Assembly: GCA_963693365.1 (NCBI GenBank)
Contig: CAVNZM010000009.1
Span: 1,986,231 to 2,050,230, forward strand
DNA: 64,000 bases
From: Amoebidium appalachense
Lineage: Eukaryota; Protista; Ichthyosporea
Direction: 5' to 3'
The notes under the pieces: model-generated
What the model saw: the letters and a program-made list of their open reading frames with translations, nothing else
Told to the model about the DNA's origin: nothing
Database searches by the model: none
Position numbers and translations under genes: made by a program
Shown: one piece after another, positions 1 to 12,341 of the stretch
How positions within the stretch are numbered: the first letter of the stretch is position 1
How the letters are laid out: every line of letters starts with the position of its first letter

Positions 1-592
1 TTGTTGTCTCCTCCATATTTCCAACCCTCTCACGCATATGCGCACATCGCCATCCCACTAACACAAATGCCCGCGCAACCAAAAATCGGTCGGTAAAAGG
101 CAATGCGCTCAGGTAAGTGTGGTTTCGCATAGTAATGGAATCCGAAAACGCGGTTTTGCAAGTTTCCCGGCTTTCAGACACCTGAAATTTTTCTATGAAT
201 TAAAAAACCAGTGCGGGGAGATGTTTGTGTGGACAACAGGAAAAGAAAAAATGAAAAATGAAAAACGAAAACGTGCGTGCACGAATGGAAAAATGGCGCG
301 CCAAAACGGCGGCATATGCGCATAAGCTATAGCTGGCGTCACAAGCGCACAACCCATAATTTAAATTTAAAGGTGACTAGTGCCACTTCGAAATTTTAAT
401 ATAGACCTTTAAAGATCACATAGGAGCCTAGCCGATATGTCTTTATCCAGGTTTTATTTTTCGGGACCCATAGACACATGTCGGGCTATCGAATTTGCTT
501 AATTTCAAGTCAATACCCCTAATTCCAAGGGGGGTCAATAGTCTGGCGGCCGCCGGGCATTTGTGTTAGTGGGATGGCGACGTGCGTCATAC

Positions 593-633
<41 letters not shown>

Positions 634-904
634 TTCGCCCTCCCTCGCCCCCCTCTCTCTCCCCCCTCTCCCTTCCTCTCTCTCATTCACTGTGTGACGC
701 CCGTTGTATTTGTGTGTCACATGAACCCATGTTTTTTTAAACAGAACGCTCATTACCCCCATGACAAACAATTAAGTGCACCGTATTTACACCCATACCT
801 CCCATCCAAAACAAAACATGTGCACTGGACTTCCTCACACACCCTGTCCAAACCATAGCAAAACACTCTATGCATTTAATCCTAACACCCACCCATCAAC
901 ACAG

Positions 905-1130
905 CTCGTAGGCACGGCACCGTTTGCATCCGAACCTCTCCTTCGATGCAAGGACCCCCGTGCTCGTCGAATCTCCTTCCCGCCCGATATGGACCCAATA
1001 TCACGTGATTTGGTGGGCCAGTTGCTCCGACTTGACCCAAATGAAAGACTCGGATCGGTGAATGGGGTGGAGGATATCATGCAGCATGCGTGGTTTGAGG
1101 GGTTGGACTGGACGGCAGTGAGGGAGAAAA

Positions 1131-1201
<71 letters not shown>

Positions 1202-1341
1202 GACTCTGGTGAAGGGGGGGAGGGTGAGAATGAGCGTGTGTGTGCTGAGGTGGGTATTGTGCGAGGCGGGGCTGGGGGTGTGGGTGGGGGCTTGAGGGTT
1301 TGGGCATGACGTGCGGATGTGACACGTGTGTGGTTGGATGG

Positions 1342-1408
<67 letters not shown>

Positions 1409-1583
1409 TGGTGGTGATAGTCCCACAATAGTGTATGCCTCTGCATGGTTTTTCAGGACGTTGTTTTCATGTGGGTCTGGTTGATGTTTGATTGTTCCTG
1501 CACTGTGAATTATGCTCATTCACAAGTTTATCGACCGCGACTTCTATTAGATGGAGCATGTACAAGGCTCTGTGACCAAGTGT

Positions 1584-1621
<38 letters not shown>

Positions 1622-2033
1622 ATTGAGGGATGGAGAGAGCTCCATTAGCAGGAATAAAAGAGAAAAGGAGAAAAGGTGGGCCTGAGTGTATTTTCATGTA
1701 GTGGGAATGAAAGAGATAGAGCGTATGGAGATAAAGGCGAGATACTCTTGTAGTGGGAATGGGGTTTTATGCTAAAGGAACTAAACAAAGTTTTGTGCAC
1801 GAACATGTATATAATCAGGATTCAACTTTCTTGCCCACGAATCATATGTGTATAGTATCCAAAGGGGCAACAAAACATGTGATAAATAGGAAGAAGTAGT
1901 GCTCCCTGCTAACCTTTGGTGTTTCCTTCTCTAGGTGACCCCGCCGCACAAGCCACCAAGCGAGCAATGTATCTTTGCAAGTGACATGTTCTCTCCAAAC
2001 CCGGATTCCGATTTTGATTTTCCGGGCTTTTGA
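905..2033 (+). CDS. 3' part (last two exons) of an AGC-family Ser/Thr kinase, PKA/PRKX-like; exons 905-1132 and 1935-2033; upstream exons lie outside the window
   Basis: Exon 905-1132 (cag|...|gt) reads LVGTAPFA...DLVGQLLRLDPNERLGSVNGVEDIMQHAWFEGLDW, matching kinase subdomains X-XI. It splices in frame to VTPPHKP...DFDFPGF*, an AGC C-terminal tail ending in an FxxF hydrophobic motif as in PKA. Confidence 0.85.
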
Positions 2034-2102
2034 TGTGCGCCACTCGAGCAGGACATCTTATGTACGATAATGAATGTATGTTTAATGTAAAAAAAAAAGG
2101 TT

Positions 2103-2138
<36 letters not shown>

Positions 2139-3159
2139 TGTGCTGTTTATTAATGACATGTAGGTGAGCTGTGATGAGTTGTTGGCACCAAGGCCAACGG
2201 TACTTCCACCCAACAAGATATACATGATTATTTAAAAATACGAACACTCATGTGTGCATAAATGAGCATTCCGTATACAGAAATCTCCTGTTGTTGTATA
2301 TTGCAACATCGTATGTTTTCAACCCCTTTGTATTGTCTCTTGAGTTACGGGGACAGAGTTGTTTACAAACACATGAATGCAAGTTGAAACGGTACCGAAT
2401 GTAAGCGAAAGCAAAGCCCTGCATATGTACGGCTTCTGTAGGGCTCACATGATTTTAGTTTTAGTCTCCTGTTCTCTTTTTTTCTATACCTTCCAACCAA
2501 CGAACATCTTTATACATTTTACGCTTTTGTTTTAAACCGGGTACTTTTTATTCTGTTAATTTGATTGGCAATGCTGTTACAGTGTCGGGTGTTCATACAC
2601 AAGTTCATTCAGCATACTTCATACATACATTGTATCATTGAACACCCGACAGAAGAATAAATCATATGAGTGAAGGTTTGATGTGCACGTCACATACACC
2701 TCACAAATGGAACCCTAGACCGTAACAGTGTGTGCTGTTGTTCTGTGGCAAAATCCGCTTTGTTTTGTCTGTCGTAAATGTGTCCCCCCCCCCCCCAAAC
2801 ACACACACACACACAGAAAAAGAGAGAGAGAGAGAGAGAGAGAGAAGAAGAAGAAGAAGAAGAAGAAAGAAAGCAAAAAAAAAGGTACACCACCAAAGCA
2901 CCCAACCAACCACCTACAAGTACGCATGCCAAAAGACTTTCAAGCAGTTAATGCCGATGTTCCTACTTCTTTTTTTTGTTTTATAATAACTTCTTTTTTT
3001 TTTTTTTTGCGCCCCAAAACTTCCGGTGCTGTGTGGTAGACGGTAGTTCCCTCGAGGGCCTGCAAAGGTCCTCCGGGAACAAAACATGAAAAACCAAAAG
3101 AATAGTGACCTAGCCCCCATATCATGGAAACACGGGGATAGTGTGTCTATTGAGGCCAC

Positions 3160-3193
<34 letters not shown>

Positions 3194-4132
3194 GTAAACT
3201 CAATGTTTTGCCTGATTTCATAAATAAACGTGTGCTGAATTTCCAGATTGAGTCCTCTTTTGCCTCTCGACACACACACATGTAGATGCGCACGTACACT
3301 TGTTCCCAGATTGTGCATGCATACCTGCTTGTTGCGATAGCATACCGTTGTACTCGCGGTTTATCAAAAGATTTTTTGTCTTGCATAACCTGCATGCATA
3401 GTTTCGGTTCCCTTCGTGCACGGCACTTGTTTGATTACTCATGAGGTTTGTCTGGTCATATGGTTTCGATAGTACACTCAGTTTGTCTCTACTTATCTTG
3501 TTTTGCTGTGCTATCTCTGTTGCGTGGTATCGGTCTTGTGTTACTTCGCTCGTTGTTTATGCGGATTGTCTTTGTTGTCAACTCGTTACTAGTTTGGTTA
3601 TACATACAGCATACATAAAACCGGGGCAAGTGCTACTGGACGTGGCTTTACAATACATACCATTGGCAAATACGTGGTGTAATGCTATTGGCTGTCCGGC
3701 TACAGCCCAACCTATTGGCGGACGTGGCGACCAGGTGACGGGACGGTCTGGGCGGTATATAAGCATAGTACCCTCAGTATCGCGGGTCATGTAACAGTTG
3801 TGTACTGTGTGGCACAGTCACATGTTTTCCCTCGGCTGGATCCAAATAATTCAACCCGTGTCTGTCCCACCTGTTTACTTCTGTCTAAGGACCCACTCTC
3901 TTTTAGTTTCCGTAAGTCATTTATGCATTCAATCCACTTAGACAGAACTTTACAGTGTGTATGTAATGGGGGATGGGATTGGGGGAGGGGGAGAAAGGGG
4001 GGGGGGGGGGGGGGGGAGGGGGGAGGGGGGGGAGGGGGGGAGGGGGGGGGGGGGAGGGGGGAGGAAACAAGGGGCATGCATTGTACTAGCGGCAATTCAA
4101 AATCTCAACGGTATACGTAATCTCCTTTTTTT

Positions 4133-4163
<31 letters not shown>

Positions 4164-4517
4164 GGGGGGAGGGGGGGGGGGGGGGGGGGGGGGGGGAGGG
4201 GGGGGGGGAGGGCGGGGGGGTGGGGGGGGGGGGGGAGGGGGGGGTGAGGGGAGGGGATGTGTGGTGACTTCACAAAGCCTTCACCATTTTTAGTCTACAC
4301 CGTGGAACCTTTTAGTTGATGATTAAAACAAATAATATTCCGGCGGCAATAATATTGTTAAGTGAAAGTGCCACGCATGATAGTCTAGAGTTATCAAAGG
4401 CTTCTTGATAAATGAGCCTATTCGACTGATGACGATATTCATGATCAGGCCTCGGTTTCTGGATTTATCTGGAAAGCGGAGGATTTGGGGGAGGGGGAGG
4501 TGTGTGTGTGTTGGGGG

Positions 4518-4549
<32 letters not shown>

Positions 4550-4838
4550 AGGGGGGGGGGGGTTCAGGTGTTTCCCTTTTTTTAATCGGAATCCCGTGGT
4601 CGAACAATAACTGTACAGCCACGCACAAAATGCACACTAATTATAAGTTCTCGTTTTTTTATTATTTATTATTGGTTCATCACAATATATCTTTCAGTGA
4701 AAGCACCGATCACGATCGTCTAGAATAAGCTGCATACTAAAACTGTTGGTTTGTCAGACATACACTATGTATTTCATAAATTGTACATTTAATTACTGTA
4801 TTCATATGCTGTACAGAAGTGCATCAATGCCTGAAGGG

Positions 4839-5411
4839 CTATCTGCTAAAGCCCTCAAACCAGCCCTTGAAGGTCTCGGACGATTGCAGTGCGCAGAACT
4901 TCCACTTGTCCTCCTTGCATGCCTCAAGGGACGTGTACAGGAACTGCCCGCACTCACCCAACACACACTTCCACGCCGACGCATCGTCTGTGAGCGCACA
5001 CGAGAATTCACACCACATGGGGTCACTGGTGGTGCTGCGATATGCCCTGATCATGAAGCCGGGGGAGCTCACGTTATCGTTGCTCACTGGCCCAAGTGTG
5101 ACGGGCTCTGCGCCAGGGACGACCTGCCACCAGTTCTGAAACGACGAGTATGCGTCGTTGATTGTGCTGCATGGCTGGCCAGTAACAATTTGGCAGTCTA
5201 GAGGGGAAGAGAAGAACTGCACGTTCGAAGAAGAACATTGGACACCGGCACCCTGTGTGTTTGTGAGGCCGCAGCTGTAGCTGGTGTTGTAGGTGGGGTA
5301 GGGGTTCTGCAGTGAGAAGGGCACGTTGGTGGAGCGGGTGGAGAGGGATGCACACGTGGCCGTGCTGGCGAGGGCGGCAAGGCCGGCGGAAGCAAAGACT
5401 GTGCGTGCCAT
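4839..5411 (-). CDS. Secreted cysteine-rich protein, paralog A (190 aa, intronless, family not recognised)
   Basis: ATG at 5411 starts a signal-peptide-like MARTVFASAGLAALASTATCA. The mature part has 10 Cys. It aligns end to end with the ORF at 7471-8037 with the reading frame preserved. Confidence 0.85.
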   Translation of the reverse strand: MARTVFASAGLAALASTATCASLSTRSTNVPFSLQNPYPTYNTSYSCGLTNTQGAGVQCSSSNVQFFSSPLDCQIVTGQPCSTINDAYSSFQNWWQVVPGAEPVTLGPVSNDNVSSPGFMIRAYRSTTSDPMWCEFSCALTDDASAWKCVLGECGQFLYTSLEACKEDKWKFCALQSSETFKGWFEGFSR

Positions 5412-5439
5412 TTTGAAATGCAGACGGTAGGTCAGCATG

Positions 5440-5595
5440 GCAGATGGATGTGTTGGGTTGACTGTCTGGTTGACTGTTGACTCCTCCGTTTTCTGTTCAT
5501 TTATATACTCGGAAGGTCAGCAATGGTGGATTTTGATTGGTGAACGAGCGGCAAACAAATCCGAAAATAGTCACCAATCAAATCCTAAGAAGTTT
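5440..5595 (-). promoter_or_regulatory. Promoter of paralog A (TATA-like and CCAAT boxes), duplicated in inverted orientation at about 6520-6632
   Basis: Minus-strand TATATAAAT near 5500 and GATTGG/CCAATC boxes. The reverse complement of 6520-6632 aligns with this segment (ctcctccgtttt..., gcaaacaaatccgaa...caccaatcaaa). Confidence 0.65.
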
Positions 5596-6519
5596 AGGGC
5601 CTACAGCGACACTAGTCACACTACAAACTGTCAGAACAAAGTTAATTAAATTTTTTGCGACCTTCGGATGATCGGATCCTTGCGATTGGAAGACTCAGGA
5701 CTGTGGAAAACTAAAACAATTTACAGCCGCCTGTGGCAGGAGAGATACTTTAGAGGTGTCTTCCTATTGCAGCTTTTCAAAATGATTATTCGCCTTGTAC
5801 TTACAAATAATAGGGTCTGCCTACAGCATACCGCCAATAATTTCTGTTCTTTCTGTGCAGCTGCTCCAATCCGACGAGACATTCGCACATTCCTCAGCGA
5901 TTTCTTTACATTCCGGGAGGCCCATTCGAAGTTGTCGGGGCTGGCCAAGTTGCAACTTCAACGTTGAACAGGGCATGGGCCATGAGGCACAGCTGGAGGC
6001 GATTCTCTCATGAGTCCTAAATGACAGTGCATGCGGACACTAACCGATTTTAAACTACTAAAATATGACATACTACATAGGTATAGGTAATGGCGCTCCT
6101 AAAAAGTCCACCTCCGTGACAGCCACATCGCGGATAATGAATGACCGCTGTTGAATATTTGACATTAGTCTCCAAGTCTATGTACCCACTGGCTTACGTA
6201 AGTGGCCGGGCACTATTACGCCGCGGGACGTCGACCGGCAACAAAAAAAAAAAAAAAAAAAAAAAAAAAAGAAGGGGGAAGTCTGGGAAGACAGCACCAT
6301 GAGTGACTAATTTGACATGGCATATTGTGATAACTGCAACCAATCAAAAGGCACTTCTTATCACTTTGACCGGGCTGCAAGGTAAAAGGCGCGGAATCAG
6401 GTGCCATCGAATTAATCAATACTTTAATGTTACATATAGTTCCTGTCTCAACCTGTTGAATTTTGTTTCTGCTATGTATGTAGTTTCCCGTAACATATGT
6501 CCTGACTGAGTCTTTTGAA

Positions 6520-6632
6520 AAACATTCCAAGGTTTTGATTGGTGGCTATCTTCGGATTTGTTTGCTGAGCATTCAGCTAACCTTCCAGACATATAAATCA
6601 ACGGAAAACGGAGGAGTTGATCAACACATCCA
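6520..6632 (+). promoter_or_regulatory. Original promoter of paralog B, now separated from its ATG by a solo LTR
   Basis: Inverted homolog of the paralog A promoter with GATTGG and ATATAAAT. Homology to the paralog A 5' UTR resumes at 7416 (catctgccaagctgacc). Confidence 0.65.
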
Positions 6633-6646
6633 CTACATCTCAGATC

Positions 6647-7411
6647 TGTTGGACATTGTGTTCATAGAAGCTAGTTCTAGTGCACGTTGTTCCTTCTGTA
6701 AGTCAGAAATGATTGCATCTTGTGAGGCCAACCTCTGCTCCAGTAGTTGGACTAGTTGCTGCAACTGTAAGTTGTCAGACATAGTGTCGTGTATGATGGG
6801 TAACTAGTCTATGTGTTTTGTGCACTGAAAACGACAGTAGAAAAGTGTAAATCAAACGTTCTGCTTCCCATGTTTGTGACATGGGAGGCACTGCTTTATA
6901 TAGTCGTTGGCCACCTCATGGTGGCCTCGTGTGCACCCTGGTGGTGGGCCATGTACAGCATGGCCGAAAAGAGAGCACAATGAAAACAAGTCGTTAAAGA
7001 TATAAAAGTTAACTGTGCACGTTGAGTGGCTAGTTAACTTGCACTAAAGCACACAAATAAACGTGTTTAACACACCAATTGCAGTTAAACGTAAATCTTA
7101 CTTCACACAACTAAAAATATTCTGAGAATATCCGGGAATAAAGCACACTACCACTCTAAGAATAGAATCCTGTGGCAAATATAGACATGACATCATCTGA
7201 ACCGGGAATATTAATTAATGAGCACAATTAGCACGTTGCTAGTGAAGCTCGTCACTGGTACAGTTTTGGCTCAAACATATAACTACCATATATGAATATG
7301 ACCGTAAACAAAAGCTCTATGCACTCGAGTGAGTGTTGAAACAATTATTCAATTGCTCAGAAACTTTCTCTAACAGACATTGCTAGCCGGGAGTACCAGT
7401 GTACTCCAACA
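6647..7411 (-). mobile_element. Solo LTR (765 bp), probably Ty1/copia-type
   Basis: Termini TGTTGGA...TCCAACA form a perfect 7-bp inverted repeat. There is a perfect 5-bp TSD AGATC at 6642-6646 and 7412-7416. The element is absent from the homologous position of paralog A. A minus-strand TATATAAA lies near 6900. Confidence 0.85.
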
Positions 7412-7470
7412 AGATCATCTGCCAAGCTGACCAGCGTCTTACACGTGTAGTAACTACTATTTCATTCGAA

Positions 7471-8037
7471 ATGGCTCGCACATTGTTTGCTTCCGCCGGC
7501 CTTGCCGCCCTCGCCAGCACGGCCACATGTGCATCCCTCTCCACCCGCTCCATCGGCGTGCCCTTCTCCCTGCAGGACCCCTACCCCACCTACAACACTA
7601 GCTACAGCTGCGAACTTACAAACGCACAGGGTCCCGGTGTCCACTGTTCTTCTTCGAACGTGCGGTTCTTCTCCTCCCCTCTGGGCTGCCAGGAAGTTAC
7701 CGGGCAGCCATGCGGCACAAACAACGACGCAGACTCGTCGTTTCAGAACTGGTGGCAGGTCATCCCTGGCGCGGAGCCCGTCACAGGGCCAGTGGGCAAC
7801 GGTGTCGATTCCCCCGGCTGCACGCTCAGGGCATACCGCAGCACCACCAGCAACCCCGCGTGGTGTGAATTCTCGTGTGCGCTGACAGGTCATGAGTCGG
7901 CGTGGAAGTGTGTGTCGGCTGGGTGCGGGCAGTTTCTGTACACGTCCATGGCGGCATGCAAGGAGGACCACTGGAAGTTCTGCGCACTGCAATCGTCCCA
8001 GACGTTCAACGGTTGGTTTGAGGGCTTTCGCACGTAA
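7471..8037 (+). CDS. Secreted cysteine-rich protein, paralog B (188 aa, intronless)
   Basis: MARTLFASAGLAALASTATCA signal peptide. It has the same 10 Cys as paralog A plus one extra, and conserved FQNWWQV, WCEFSCAL and WKFCALQSS motifs. Confidence 0.85.
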   Translation: MARTLFASAGLAALASTATCASLSTRSIGVPFSLQDPYPTYNTSYSCELTNAQGPGVHCSSSNVRFFSSPLGCQEVTGQPCGTNNDADSSFQNWWQVIPGAEPVTGPVGNGVDSPGCTLRAYRSTTSNPAWCEFSCALTGHESAWKCVSAGCGQFLYTSMAACKEDHWKFCALQSSQTFNGWFEGFRT

Positions 8038-8304
8038 CAACTTCAAGTTCTAATCCCATAATATGTGTGCGTAAATACACCATGATGATAGATAACGATC
8101 AATAGTGATCTATCACAGCACTCATGTCCTCAGCCTTGTGTGTAATCATAAATACACATATATATGTCCTTACCCATTGCATGTATGTATACGACATCTT
8201 CACGGAATAAAAAATACCGCCTCTGAGTCAGCTAAGTCAGATTCTACACTGATCCCCCCCCCCCCCCCCCCCCTCCCCCCCCTCCCCTCCCCCCCCCCCT
8301 CCCC

Positions 8305-8351
<47 letters not shown>

Positions 8352-10027
8352 GCTCACCCACCCACCCACCCCCGGTACGATATATCATGATGACTCGATC
8401 ACCATCAAAATCACATAGCCAATTTAAGGGACTTGCTTTTCAACCCTTTTGCCTGTCCTAGATAACCGTCGTCATCTTTCCTGAATCTGGCACACGGGGC
8501 TCCTCTTTTATTACCAATTTTACGTGTACCGACGCCCCAATATGAGTGAAACAGTGGTGTCAACTTGGCACGAGGCTCATCAAAAATAATCATATTGAAG
8601 TAGGCATTTGCATCACAATGTGACTGGGACGCTCATAACTTTAGTGATTCACGGAACCTGTGAGGCTGTTACTACAGCCTAAGGCTTTTTCTCCCCCCTT
8701 TCCCGAATATAAAGGGAAAGAAGGGGGGGGAAGGGGGGGGGGGGGGGGGTAGTCACATGAATATCGAGGCCCCAAGGTAGGCCTAGGGGGGGGGGGGGGG
8801 GGGGGGATCTGTTCAAATTTCGTCGCCCCCCGGCAGCCCCCCCCCCCCCCCCCCTCCACCCCCTCCCCAAGCTGACCGCCAGGGTGATGGGTCCCTCTTC
8901 TCCCCCCCCCTCTTTCGCCCCCCCCCCCCCCCTTCCCCCCCCCCCCCCCCCCCCCTCGCCCCTGGGGTGTCCTACGGTTCCCTCCTGGCTGCGCGCCTCT
9001 CCTCAGAGAGCGGAGGCTCGCCTCCCTCCCCCCCCCCCCCCCCCCCCCCCCCTCAAAAAAAAAAAAAAAAAAAAAAACCTCCTCCTCCCCCCCCCCCCCC
9101 CCCCCCCCCCCTCTCCCCCCCCAAACCCACCCCTCCCCCGCTATCCAACCGTTGCCTCTTCTCTTTGTTTTGACCAGCACTTCAGATCTGATCTAAGTTA
9201 GTGTTCATGCACAACATGTGCGTGCGTGCGTGCGTGCATGCGTACGTGTGTGTCTGCCACTTCTGTGCCATGTACATCTGGGTTTGTGTATGTGTCAATA
9301 CGGTAGGTATGTTGGACTGCGACTACGGGTGTTTATATATAGGTTGTTCCACACGTACAAGTTGTGTGAACGCCAGCAAGAGTGCGCGCGATTACATGGC
9401 ATTGCACGTGTGTGCCAGAGAAGAGGATGTGTGTACGTATTTGTGTGTATGCCTGTGTGTGTGTGTGTGTGTGTTGTGTTAAAAGCCTTCCTAAATATCG
9501 TAGCACATTCCGACAGGTGCCTTCCTGTATATGTATGTGTAAACCCGGATGTGTGTGTGTGTTCATGTTGGTGGTACAGGTACTACGGTGCATATGCGCA
9601 TTGTTTGCGTCAGAAAGATTAGCTGACTAAGAAGGTGTGGGGGGGGCGGGGGGAGGGGAGAGATCGAGGGTGTGAGAGAGGCCGGCGGGGGGGAGGGGGG
9701 GCATTCTGAGAGTTCAAGAAAGAAGAAAAAGAGGGAGAAAACTACAAAAATGTGCGAAATGTGTGGGCGGATATCATTAATATGTGACACCATTCTCAGC
9801 GAGCATTTCAAACTGTGGCAGTATGTGAGCCTGTTCGCGAGTTTGTCTGTGTGGGTGTGTTCCTGCGCATGCATGCGCATGTGTGCATGTGTACATGTGT
9901 GCATGTGTGTGTGCCTGTGAGTACGAGTTACGGCTATGACTTTCTGCTGGTTATCTCGTAATGGTGTGTGTGGACTGCGTGCGTGTATCACACAGTGTGT
10001 GTGTATGGTACATGTGTGTGTGTGTGT

Positions 10028-10120
<93 letters not shown>

Positions 10121-10436
10121 TGTGTTGTGTGTGTGCGCGCGCACGCGCGCGCGTCGTACCTGTGTGTGCCTGTGTGTGTTTGTGTGTGTTTGTGTGTGTG
10201 CGTGTGTGCGCGCGCGTGTGCCTTGTGCTTGTGAATGTACGTGACTGTGTGCGCTCGCGTGTAAGTGCGTGTGTGTGTGGCATTTCCGGTGGCGCTATGA
10301 TCTCTTGCCAAAGAGTGCGCCATATAACCGGCTTAAAAAGAATGCAAGCGCACACTGCGGTTGGAAAGGGTTGAGGGTGGTCGTGTAATGAACAACAAGC
10401 AGTGGCAGGGAGGGAAGGGGGAGGGAGGGGGGAGGT

Positions 10437-10490
<54 letters not shown>

Positions 10491-10655
10491 TTTTAAGTGG
10501 ACACACTAACTATCATAAGACTTAAAATCGAGCGAGTCAGTGGATAACAATTATAAGTAATTGCACACTCGGTTGCATATATGTTACAGTATGTTGATAT
10601 GAGCCAGTGTTCTATTTGGATATGTATGAATGAGTTGGTGATGGAGCGAGTGTGT

Positions 10656-11128
<473 letters not shown>

Positions 11129-11809
11129 TCACAGTGCATGTTCGTGCGTGTGCATGCCATATGCACGCGCGAATGTCACACGGTGTTCTGTGTGCTTGCG
11201 TACGTGCTATGAGATGCCAAGGGCCGTAGAGACCCCCCCGCGCGAACCATTATAATGTTCGATCGATGGATTCGAACCTGCACGGCTACCGAGGAGAGGG
11301 GTGGGGTACCGGTGTATGTGTGCGTGTGTGTGTGTTTGTCATCGGAGGGGGGGGGGGGGGGGGGGGGAGGGGGGGGGGGAGAGAGGCGGGGGGGGAGGGG
11401 GGAGGGGGGAGGCTACTATATTAGTATTACTGGAGGCACCTCGTGGTGCACTATGTACTGTATATTGAATATGCAGCAGTGACACTGTCACGCTGTTGGC
11501 GATCTTGATTTCTTGCGTGACACGCGAGCGTGTCCGGGATCCATGACACATTCACCGCATCCTCCTGTACTTGTACGTATGTCACGCGCGGCACCGCATT
11601 GCCAGCTTGCAGATGTAACACGAACGCACACCCATGTTGTGTACACAAATGTTGCCCACTAATTAAAGGCCATCCGTGCATGCGCACGTGCACACGTGAA
11701 TGTATCACTCGAAATATTTGATGCGGCGACCAGGTGATAATTCATGTGATATGCCGTGGTAACGGGTTGCAATGGTGTGGCTGACCGTGGTCGGTGTACC
11801 CTCCCCAAC

Positions 11810-11849
<40 letters not shown>

Positions 11850-12341
11850 CCTCCCTAATAGATGTCTGCTGTACTGTACATAGTGCTTAGAACATTTTTG
11901 AGGACCAGAGGTTACCTTTTGTCCTTTTCTTGCTCTGCTCTGTGCGACCAAATCGCCTGATTGGCTAAAAAAGCACCTGATTGGTATGCGGAAAAGTCGC
12001 TTGACTAATGAAAAGCTGTATTTATCATGCGTGTGAATTAGTACATTCTATTTGCAATTATGATTGGGTTTGAGACTAGCGCGAAATGGTCGAATATAGT
12101 TCCAAGATCTTTGCACTTGCAGAGCAGCACACATAAAAAGCCGCAACCCCGGAAACTTGCGTCACACGGTAGGATTGTCACCTTAGGATCACTAAGACCA
12201 TAAAAAGTTTTTCTTTTCTGCACAAGCGGACAGCATCAGTGATCAAAAAAATTGAGATTTGTGGGTTGGCACAGGATATTGATTGGGTTTCAACCTTTCG
12301 TCCTTGTACATGTCTGTATACGTACGTAGTGCGTTAGCGTA

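Noticed and set aside
367-412. TTAA-AGGT...ACCT-TTAA 38-bp mini-element
   Set aside because: Only a 4-bp inverted repeat inside the TTAA flanks; too short to distinguish from chance.
5668-6013. Short overlapping ORFs between the two paralogs
   Set aside because: No recognisable motifs or splice structure in any frame; possibly a decayed element, but this cannot be supported.
8375-8593. Minus-strand CDFDGDRVIMIY resembling the DFDGD motif of two-barrel RNA polymerases
   Set aside because: In-frame stops lie a few codons upstream and no other polymerase motifs are present. It is probably chance; a tBLASTx search would settle it.
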